A stretch of DNA of 64,000 bases from Eledone cirrhosa. Its lineage: Eukaryota. The DNA lies in NCBI GenBank assembly GCA_964016885.1, contig OZ024741.1:49662001-49726000 (forward strand), given 5' to 3'. A program made the position numbers and the translations under genes. Under the pieces are notes generated by a model. It did not search any database. It saw nothing but the letters and a program-made list of their open reading frames with translations, and was not told the origin of the DNA. Positions 53,176 to 64,000 of this stretch are shown piece by piece. The stretch's first letter is position 1; each line of letters starts with the position of its first letter.

Positions 53176-53400
53176 CATCATCATCATTTTTATGTCTGTT
53201 TTCCACACTTGCATGGGTTAAATGAGTCCTTTTCAGCATCTCTCCATTCCCCGTGTTTCTTCATCATCTCCTCTGGAGTCTCAGCAATTTGAGGTCAGCT
53301 CTCATCACCTCTGCCCAGGTCTCACCTCTATTGCGGCTTCCATCCACTGACATTTCCTGGCACCTCTTATCCCATCGATCATCATCATGCGCATCACATG
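53176..53400 (-). mobile_element. RTE family C 3' fragment
   Basis: Reverse match to 48120-48380. Confidence 0.7.
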
Positions 53401-54257
53401 TTTGTAGTTTTTTATTCTACCTATTTATTTTTAATACTACTGATTTGTTTGTTGTCTAAAGCAGGCCAGAACAGATGGGGTAGAAAGGTGGGCCAGTTGG
53501 TATGGCCCTTTGATTATTTGGAAGCTATTCTCCCTGTGAAGGCAAAGAAGTGCTATTTAGTAAAGAATTCACCTGTTTTTAAGGACCATCATCTAATACT
53601 ATATTATCTACATTATCCAATATAGTCTTTTATATCAATCATTTTAGACAATTGGTAAGATGAGGTGTAATTTTAGAAACAAAAAATTGAACGCTAATTG
53701 AATTCTAATTCTAACATGCCAAGTGCCTATATAGTATGTCCATTGTGTTTTGTGCTTGTGTATATAACTGTAAAACTTAAATTTAACACCCAAACATAAA
53801 TCATATGTATTCAGCACTGATTACTAAATATTTAACGAACAGTTTGAAATGAGGCCTACAGTTCATATAGAGCTTGGGCCTATTCTCAGTTTTCCACAGG
53901 CCTGTATATTTAAAATGAATTTATTTCATTAAAGCAGCCAGTAGTTGTTTACATACAATAGTCAGTAAATACCTAGTATATATAATGGCAAGCACATGTA
54001 TATTTACATATATATATATACACCTGAAGCACAATTACATAACATGTAATATCTTATATATTTCACTGTCCTTCTATGCAATGTTTAATACAAAGTCATG
54101 TGTGTGTATGTATAGTTTTACTTATAGACATATCTATATATTTATGAGTGTTTATAAACCAGTTATTACATCAATAAATCAGCATTTAAAGATATTGTTA
54201 AATGGTATTTTATCCATGATTATTTATACACACAAGTACACACATTATGTATTTTAA

Positions 54258-54452
54258 CCCTTTAGCATTTAAACTGGCCATATCTGGCCAGAATTCTCTC
54301 ACCTTTTTCTGTTCAAACCAGTTGCTCATACTAATGTTAAAGTATTGTTCTCAAAATAAATAACATCAAAATCTCATAGATTTGATATTATGTGTGATAA
54401 TGCCTTTACCATGAAAATATAATAGTATATATATAATGTAAATGCTAAAGGG
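54258..54452. mobile_element. piggyBac-like MITE
   Basis: TTAA|CCCTTTAGCATT ... AATGCTAAAGGG|TTAG; inverse of 11745-11960. Confidence 0.75.
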
Positions 54453-54999
54453 TTAGTGTCCTTTCATTTAGGCCATCAACACACACACGCAGTCTGCAGT
54501 GCTGAAACTAGGGAGACCACTAATCATGTGAGTACTCAATACATGGGGTATAGATATAGGTAAAATTATATAGTGTCTGTGTGCTGGAGAGGACCCATCA
54601 AGCCCATAGAAGCATGGAAAAGTGAATGTAAAATGATGCTGCTGATGATGATAATGATGCTATATATACATGTATCATTTATTCTTTTACTAGTTTCAGT
54701 CATTAAACTGTGGCCATGGTGAAGCCTCGATCATATCTGCCCCAGTACTTCTTATTTATTCATATAAATTAGGGTTCGACTAAGGTGAAACAATTGTTCT
54801 CGGAAATGGTGAATTAACTGTTGTGGAACTACTTATATATATATAATGAAGGAAATGTGGTAAGGAACCAGATGGACCATAACGCACCAAAGTACTCAAT
54901 ACTTAGGGTAGTAGAGTGGGTAACAAATATGACCCCGACGGCAGAGCTATATATATATATATAGGTATGTGTGTGTGTGTACATGTGTGTCTATATATA

Positions 55000-55030
<31 letters not shown>

Positions 55031-56168
55031 ATATATACACACACATGTAAATATGTATATATATATGTATATATATTGGAACAAGTTCAGTAGATACATA
55101 TTTGTATGAAGTTTTAATCAACCAACAAGTCTCTCTTTACCTATACAGCAAGCAATTCTTCCTACATAGCTGCTACTGCTTGTGCTACAAGAAGTTAACT
55201 GGACATTTCACTATGGCTATAGATGTTATGTTACTAAGTATATAGAAAATTAACAGAGTGCTGGGAACAGACCAGTATTATTTTTATACACACATGAATT
55301 GAAGTTTATATAGGCTTATCCGTCCTCCTACTCCCACCTCTCATCACACATTCACACACACATACTATATCACACATTCACACACTATTTCACTTACACA
55401 TACACTATTTCTTTCTCTCTCCTTCTTCCCTTCTGTCCCATCAGTGCCAGCAGCAGAGAGCAGCAGCTGTATTTGATAGGAAGGAAGGAGGGAGAGGAGT
55501 TGGAGGCTGGGAGGAGGAGGAGGTAGACTATCAACCCATGAAGTCAGGTTGGCAGTCATTGTAGGAGCAGATCTCTCCAACTGCAGATAGCACCACAAGC
55601 AACTCTTGGAAGTGCGTTCCACTTCACATTGACCTGTAGACTCCTTTTTAGATCTATCATTCTCTCTCTCTCATTCTCAACCTCCCACCCATTCTATATA
55701 TATATATCTCTCTCTGTATAGTATCACTCTGGTTACCTTATTGCCAGCTTAATGCCTGTAGAGGGAGATCCCATTTTTCAAGCAAATTATCCACAAACTA
55801 AAGAACTGACAGCAAACATTCCTGACATCCTATATTGTTTATCCCAGCAGTGTGAGGTCAATTTAGGTTGGTTTATTTCTTTATTTCATATTTTACTTTA
55901 TTTTATTATCAAAATACCCACAGGTAGTTTGGTAAACATCATTATTTATTCTTTCATTTCCGAGGGGTTTTATTAACCATTTGCATTTATACAGATCCAA
56001 ACTTTGACATCTACACATACATAAACAAAAGAATATGCTCACACATTCACACACACATATATATGTATTTGTGTGTGTGTATATAGATATATAAACACAT
56101 GGACATGTGTATATATATATATGTATATGTGTGTGTGTGTTTATATATATATTTATATACACATGTAA

Positions 56169-56221
<53 letters not shown>

Positions 56222-56268
56222 TATGTAAGTGTGTGTGTATATATATATATATACACATACATATGTAA

Positions 56269-56327
<59 letters not shown>

Positions 56328-56664
56328 CATATGTAAGTGTGTGTATATATATATATATATACATACGCACACATATGTGGATAAACTTATAAGTACATTT
56401 TTTATATACATATTTTTTTATACTTAATGTATTGATATTACCTAAAAAGAATTTTTATTAATTTTAACTCTCCTTAATTTTGTTTTCCTTGCTATTGATT
56501 ATTTACATTTTTCCTCTTTCATTTATAAGTCATTTTATACCAAGTTTCATGTCTTTATTTCTTAGTAGTTAGGGTATTGATCTCACAAACTTAAGGTCAG
56601 CAATGTGCTTCCTGGACAGGGTAACATGTGTTTTGGGAACAAATACTTTATTTCACATTTGTGG

Positions 56665-57230
56665 GAAAGGCAAAGTTGATTAAATCGATCCCAGTGCATT
56701 ACTGGTATTTTATTTTATTGACCCCGACCCCGTAAAGATGAAAGGCAAAACTGATCTCAGTAGGATTGAACCAATTTACATAATATTGATGAAGCTGTGA
56801 CCTGCAGATAGTATCAGCCGTGGAAAGAAAAACCAATGGAAATATTGTTTCTTTGGTCCTATCTGACTCTTTTCCTTTTTTCTTTCTTTTATTTCTTAAT
56901 AGATTTTGTTCTTTTTGTTTCTTCTATTTGTGAGAAACTGCTGCTAGTTCTGCTAAATTATTTTGACACTTTATATAAATGTAAATTTTGGCCCACTAAC
57001 ATAAAACATGTGCAGTATTTTGTCTTCTTTGGAGCTCAGATTCAATCAAATTGCAGTACAAACTTTTCTGACAACCAGTCTACATAATATTGGTTTTTGA
57101 TTTAGGCACACGGCCAAAAATTTTGAAAAGAGGTGGAGTTGATTAAATCGACCCCAGTAATTTACTGGTGCTTCATTTTATCAGCCCCATAAGGATGAAA
57201 TCAAAACTAACCCCAGAAGAATTGAACCAG
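56665..57230 (-). mobile_element. Two tRNA SINE fragments (second superfamily) at ~56665-56770 and ~57085-57230
   Basis: Reverse core actggtattttattttattgacc..gatgaaaggcaaa. Confidence 0.65.
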
Positions 57231-58329
57231 CCTACATAATATTGTTGGCTGTATTAGTTCTTATTTTATCAATACGATTTCAAAACTGTAAAGATATACT
57301 ATCCACCCACTTTTTAAGAACTAAATCCTATCTTTGCATTAAATACCACAGGTTAATATTATGGATAAGAAAAAGGAAAGAAAACTGAAATTGTTATTTG
57401 CAGTTTATCAACCAGCTCAGAGTTGCCATAAATACTTTTAAACATGCATTAATTTTTTTTTTTACTTTACTAATGAATCAATCTTAAGAAAAATTAGTGT
57501 GCACCTGAGCACTGTACACAATAATTTCATTATTATTATAATAAGTCTCTTTTAAGAAAAGTTGAACCAAATATTGATGATATATGGGATAGTATTTACT
57601 ATTGGTTAATTGCTAATTAACCTGAAGATGTTTGTTAGCTGGGCTGAATCTGAAGTTAGTAACTTCGAGATGTTATGGTAAAGATGGAGCACATTCACAT
57701 TTCACAAATCCCCAACACACACACACACATATATAAATCAGGGTGGATTCAGTTTGAAACTGGTTAGACCATTATTCAACAGAGTACTCAATACTTGGGG
57801 TAGTAGAGTATGGTTATATTATGAATAGCTAATCTTCTGGAACTAGCTGTTGAAATGGCAAGAGCTCAGCCATCAGGTCCCAACTCTTTATAATATGTGT
57901 GTGTGTGTATATGTATATATACATACGTGTATATATGTGTGGGTGTATACATATATATATATATACATACGTGTATATATGTATATATATATAGTTTCAG
58001 ATGATCCTGCTTTTGGGTGAAAGCAGAAATTGTTTGCTTAAACTTTTAATCTATGCTAATAATAAATATTTGTTCTGCAGGTTTATATATACTTATATAT
58101 ACACAACTCTTATCGATTCTTCTCTGGATTTTGTCCTTTGTATTTATTATTACTATTACTACTATATATATATTTATAGTTACATATTTCCACACACATA
58201 CATCTATAGACATTATTTGAAGCTAAAACCGCCTTCTATCACCAATATCTTTACATGTCTGCTTTTCACCACAACTAAATAGTGTTTTCCCATACTATTT
58301 GTTGCTGTAAAAAGCAGAAATGTATATAA

Positions 58330-58675
58330 AAATAATAATGAAATTATTGTGTAAAGTGCTCAGGTGCACTACAACTCGTCAATATAGTACATAGAATAAT
58401 ACACAAATGCCAGGGAAGTACATGTTTGTATGTGTTAGCTGTAGTATTGGTGGATCTCGGGAAGCATGGAGGCCTTAAAGGATGCAGTGTCTCGACAGCT
58501 AACAACTGATGCAGGTAGTTTGTTCCATGCTTCAGCAACTCTGAGCGTGAAAAAATGTTTCCGAAAGTCATGGGAACTGTGCTGTTTTCTTACTTTGTGG
58601 GCATGTCCACGTGTGTTAGACACATGGAAATCGAAAAGGCACTCAGGGTTGTTGTTGGCAACAATATCTCTGAGA
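58330..58675 (-). mobile_element. CR1-clade LINE 3' end; solo tail copy on + at 57497-57540
   Basis: NTRGHAHKVRKQHSSHDFRKHFFTLRVAEAWNKLPASVV..SFK; (ATT)n tail. Confidence 0.85.
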
Positions 58676-60497
58676 AATAAATGAAGATCAAATCTTCAGA
58701 TAAATGTATAAACTCTAATATACTCTAATATATGTATTGAGTACTTTGCCTTACATGTGTACAGGGTTGTCAGAATTGGCTACTAGCAATGGATTATGCT
58801 ACTTTTTATGACTGCATAGCACCTTTTATTTTTTTAGATTTGGGTTCCTTAAACATTTTTTTTATGAGCTACAATCTGCTACTTTTCTATTTTATTAGAC
58901 AAATTATATTAATATGTTTAGCCAATCAGTAAAAATTATTGACAAATTAAGATATGGTATGAATAAAGAGATATTTAGTTGCTATTTCTAGAAGGTTGAG
59001 CTAAAATATTGAAGCTTCTTAGTATGAATAAAGTGGACCAAAATTTATTGGCAACAGCAAATGATGTGACAGAAGTCTAAGTGCCCCATGAGTATATGGT
59101 GTAATTTTTACAGTTCTACCCATGGATTGCCAATGTTTGAACAAGCTAAATAGTTTTTGTAATAGATCTTGGTTATTCTAAAACTATACCCTCGTTATAA
59201 AGAGCAAGTGGTCAAAGTAGAATAAAGTGTTTCAAAATTTCTGATTAGCTGATCCATAATTTTCAAATTGGGTCATAGAAGCCATAATGTGTTAGGAATA
59301 GCTTTATTAGAGGCAGTGGAACGGGGGCGATAATTATATTTTTCTCCCCAAACTACCAAAACACACATCTATTTGTATATGCGCTACAATTTATGTACAT
59401 GTTGTTTATCACATATCAAAGTTTTTTTTATATCTTGGTTGATATTTGATAATAACAGCTAAACTAATCACTACAAATAAATTGACCAGATTTGACCCCA
59501 CCCACCCCCCACCCCGCCCAATCAGAAATGCTTCCATTGCCCCTGTTGATGTAAATTGTACAATGTTCGCAAAACTAATTTAACAAAGTATATTTCTTCA
59601 GCTAAACTCAATTCACAACAAACCATCCAAGTAGTTTTGGGTGTGTGTGTGTGGGTGGGGGCTCAACAGTAAAATAGTTATATTAGAACTACTGTTTGCA
59701 GCATTTGTAACATGTAGAATGTATAAATATTACATTTTCAAAAGAAGACATTTTCCAGTTGCAACAAGTTATCTAACATCTATGAAGCCTGTGTTGAGGG
59801 AATTGAAAAATAATCACTTACCATTGCCACAGTGGGAAAGAGGGAAAACAGTAACACTTAAGAATTCAGTTGGTGAACCTAGATTGCTAGATTTATCAGA
59901 ATATATGTTAACTATTTACAGTATCCACTGAGCAATGCAATGGTTGTGTTTTCAAGGGTAACCTTTACCAAATCTAAACTAAGTAATATGATGGGGTTGG
60001 CTGGTCTTCAGTTTTAAGACTAAACATAAAATATTTACTGCTATTTACCCCAAGTCAAGTCATGCTGAATAGTGATACAGGCATTTAAAAAAAAAAAAGG
60101 AGAACACAATTAGTGAAGAGTAAAATTAAATTCTTAATGCACTGAACTCATAATTCATAATTTTTCTATTTTGAATTATCAACTTAGTAAATTAGAACTG
60201 ATTTACAAGTAATATTTATATGTAAGGAGTTTGGGATTGAGGAAAAATATATATATCTGAAAAACTTTTTGTTTTGCAGAAACATAAATCTCCAAAGTTT
60301 AAAACATAAAAAACAGTAAGGTGCTTATTTTTAAAATTTACAAACAACATTTAGTGGCTATTTTCTAACAGGATCTGCTACTTTTTGAAAATTATACACA
60401 CCATGTTTTATAGAATTGATCTGATAATCCTATGTTTGTAACTTCAAACATATGTTTAGGTGAGGGTATGGGAACATACATGTGTGTATGTATGTAT

Positions 60498-60560
<63 letters not shown>

Positions 60561-60562
<2 letters not shown>

Positions 60563-61438
60563 TATTGAAGTTTCCGTTGAAAATTGAAAAAGTCAGAGGA
60601 ATGAAGAGTGCTCTATAAAGAGTGCTAAATATTTAATGTATAATAAACAATACAGCATAATTACCTCATTACCAGAGGTTTCCCGAATAAGATGAATACA
60701 AGAAACGTCCGCATTCGTTCGTCAGACAAGGCAATTTAAAACATAGTGAAATATTTGAAAAATCTCAAGAAAGGCAAAAGTTTAACGGGCAAAAAAAAAG
60801 AATAAATAAAAGTAGATACAAGAGATGTATAAAAAATAAAAATAAAGAAATATAGTAAGGGGATGTGTGTATTTACACATACATATGTACATGTGTGTGT
60901 ATGTACAAATGCATGTGTATAGTGAAAAAATGTGTGTAACTACATACATGAGGGCAAACATATTAGTGTATGTGTGACCACAAATACATATATATATGTT
61001 GAAAAAGGAATTGTAAGATAATGGAGTTAGCGTACATACAGACTCAGGGACTAAGGGTTGAAATATATACACATACAAGGATGAAAGGATGCACGCGTAT
61101 AAATATACACACACGCGCAACCACATACATGTATGTGATATATACAGGGAAGGGAGTGTATAAAGTCAACGCAGTGTCAGACAGAAGGTCGATACAAATA
61201 TAAAAATATAAAATATGATAAATTAATGAAATAATATATAAAGTAACACTAGAAAAAATAAATAAAAAGTAGAAAACATGCATATATGCGAACAAGCTCA
61301 TACACACATATATATAAATATATATACATACAGACAAAAACACATGCACAAAAGCATACATACACATACACGCATACATACACACAATACACATATATAT
61401 ATACATACATGCAAATCTATTCACACGCACGCATGCGA

Positions 61439-61497
<59 letters not shown>

Positions 61498-62436
61498 TAT
61501 ATATATTATATATACATGTAAAAACACGTATACGTAAACGCACACGTACACACAATCATTTACACATACACGCACACATACGAATGCGTTTGTATACATA
61601 TACAAACACGTATACACATACATGCACTCATACGCATACATACATATATAAAAACCAGCCGTATAAATAAATGGGTACAAAATATACGCAAGTAAACATA
61701 CATAAAAGTGGCTGAGGGACAACGGAAAATATCTGGAGTTAAAAACACAAGTGACATGTGATATCTGGTAGTGAAAGAAAAGGGGGAAGTAAAATATGTA
61801 TAATTGTTAAGATATTAAGTAAGTGAATCAAATAACAGGGTGGGGTGGGGGGGGGGGTCACTAGTGGATGTGAAGTAAAAATAAAAATAAAAGATAAGTG
61901 AAACTGAAAGAGAAGTCTGTAAAGAAGGTAAGTTAAGGAAAGTGAAGAACAAGAGTTTATGGAGGATAAGTGTCTGAAAGTGGGTTAAGTTTATATGAGC
62001 TGGAAAGCAAGTGTGGTTTCATGTGTGGGCAACTGGTGAACATTTCCGTTTTTGCATTTAGGCAGGTTTTTGGTGATTTAAGGTTCTGTAAAATCCAATA
62101 TTTTTCACTTATGCAGAGTGTGCATCTTCTTGTTCCTCTTGCATATTCTTTAGATTGGTTCAAAATTGACCAATCCAATTTATATTGGATACCTTGGTCT
62201 TTCAAATCCCATATTCTGCTAGCCAGAGCTGTTGTGAATCTTTTTTCTGGATGTCGGAAAGATGCGACATGTGAGTAATAACGCGTTTTGAATTTGTCTT
62301 GTGTCATACCCACATATCGTTCGCTGGTGGCTGGTTGGTTGTTGCTGATGGTTGTCACTTTAGCCGCATATACAATGGCTTTGGTGTTGCATTTACCTTG
62401 TAATGGGCATTCACTTTTGACTCTACAGGAGTCAAA
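60561..62436 (-). mobile_element. Second Penelope-like element, 3' part: GIY-YIG (61957-62436) plus long microsatellite-rich UTR
   Basis: CPLQGKC..IVYAAKV..YVGMTQDKFKTRYYSH..CTLCISEK; same-strand hammerhead downstream; TA runs at both ends. Confidence 0.8.
60660..60735 (-). ncRNA. Type I hammerhead ribozyme
   Basis: ATTGCCTTGT CTGACGA A CGAAT..ATTCG G GAAA CC-tct-GGT A ATGAGGTAAT; 10-bp stem I; GUA cleavage triplet. Confidence 0.75.
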
Positions 62437-62448
62437 ATATATATATAT

Positions 62449-62900
62449 ATCATCATCACTGTTTAATATCTGATTTTTCATGCTAGCATGGGTTAAATGA
62501 GTTGTCCTGTTGTGAGACAAGCCAGATTAGACAACTATATCTTGCTCATACAGAACTGATTGGTTTCTCCAGCTGGATGCCCTTCCTAATGCCAACCACA
62601 TTTACAGGGTAGACTGGGTGCTTTTTTGTTGTGGCACCAAAACAACCATATTTACAGTGAGTACTGGGTGCTTTTTGCCATGACACCAATATGATCACTA
62701 AACAATGTAGGCTGGTTGCTTTTTGTAGTGACACCAATATGATCACTTTACAGTGTGGGCTGGGTGCTTTTTGTTGTGACACCAAAACAACCACTTTGTA
62801 GTGTGGGCTGGATGCTTTTTGTCGTGACACCAAAACAACCACTTTGCAGTGTGGGCTGGGTGCTTTTTGTTGTGACACCTACACAACCACTTTACAGTGT
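62449..62900 (-). mobile_element. RTE family A-type 3' tail with ~45-bp module repeated about 7 times
   Basis: accactttacagtgtgggctgggtgctttttgttgtgacacc repeated across 62595-62900. Confidence 0.8.
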
Positions 62901-63203
62901 AGATTCACGAGAATTTTCTGCATGAAGAACATAAAATTAAGTGCAGGCTACTGGTGAACCACGAATAATTACTAATCAAGTGTAAACATGTATGTTTATA
63001 TGTGTACATGCTTGTGAATGTGTAAAGTTAAGTTTTGGCAACACCAGAAGTTGTTGATATAAAATAATGATTTAAATGTTTAATATTTTTATGTATGCTT
63101 GTTTATAAGTAGTAATTTAATATTTATGTGTTGATCAAGTAAAGTAGTAAAATTCAAAATGTTTTTTTTTTACTGCCTTTGCTGTGTGTCGTGTCAGTTG
63201 TTA

Positions 63204-63515
63204 TGAAGGTGCATGGCTTTGTGGTTAGGGTATTCAGCTCAAGATTGTAAGGTCGTGAGTTTGATTCCCGGCAACGCACTGTGTCCTTGAGCAAGACACT
63301 TTATTTCACATTGCTCCAATCCACTGAATTGGCAAAAATGAGTTGTACCTCTAATTCGAAGGGGCGGCCTTGTTACATTCTGAATCTCCCTGAGAACTAT
63401 GTTATGGTTACACATGTTTGTGGAATGCTTAGTGACTTGCACGTTAATTTCATGAAAAGGCTGTTCAGTTGATCAGATCAACTGAAACACTCATTGTTGT
63501 AACCAACAGAGTACC
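63204..63515 (+). mobile_element. CORE-SINE with another distinct tail
   Basis: tRNA-like head, tgtgtccttgagcaagacactttatttcacattgctcc; ends in (ACT)n. Confidence 0.8.
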
Positions 63516-64000
63516 ACTACTACTGTTAAGCTTTAATTAAAAAGTTACAATGAAATCTCTTGATTATAGAAGGAATTGTCATATATTTTATGTTAAAATA
63601 ACTGTTATTGTCACATCAACAGTTATCTTTTGTGAAAGATTAAAAAAAAAATAGTAAGACAAACTTCACACCAAACATTTGTAATGTGGATTCTAACAGC
63701 TCCATCTGATGCCGATTTTAGAATTTGGGTCAAGAATTTCTTGTTTTATTCCAGCCTACGATGTAGGATCATAGAAATGAGGTCTGTTCTTGTATAAGAA
63801 ACATCTGTTATTTCTAATACTCCCTACATTAAATATGTTAACACCATCTTATGTCTATTCACATTACTTTCAAATGAATGTTTCGCTTACTTTTTAACAA
63901 TCTTTCTTTAAAACAGTCTGATGGAAAACATTGCATAGTACACTAATTAAAAAATGTTCTGCTGTACAATATAGTATTTTGATAGTATACAGCTTATAGG

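Noticed and set aside
62595-62900. CRISPR-like array (also 1108-1416 and 37461-37639)
   Set aside because: Tandem units without unique spacers, eukaryotic context and no cas genes.
63700-63781. Possible second exon (also 60280-60315)
   Set aside because: Weak splice signals and unconvincing peptides.

Overview
AT-rich, repeat-saturated eukaryotic DNA. The SINE/LINE repertoire and (TA)n load resemble an octopus/cephalopod genome (inference). Only one probable host exon is visible (46394-46479, +), so the window is probably mostly intron. Nearly all long ORFs are either retroelement fragments or microsatellite translation artefacts. Contents: several RTE-clade LINE families (two with a C4HC3 PHD finger inside the RT), two Penelope-like elements with GIY-YIG endonucleases, R4/Dong, CR1 and copia remnants, two tRNA-SINE superfamilies, a non-autonomous Helitron and several MITEs. 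Most notable: (1) a ~12.5 kb TA/TATATG satellite landing pad holding many independent insertions; (2) local evidence that insertion may itself grow TA satellite, from an empty-site control and a ~105-bp fold-back palindrome centred on a LINE tail; (3) about eight hammerhead-like motifs in four sequence families; (4) a shared 3' tail used, and swapped, by several LINEs and SINEs. Boundaries were read by eye and are approximate. Family labels A-E are informal.
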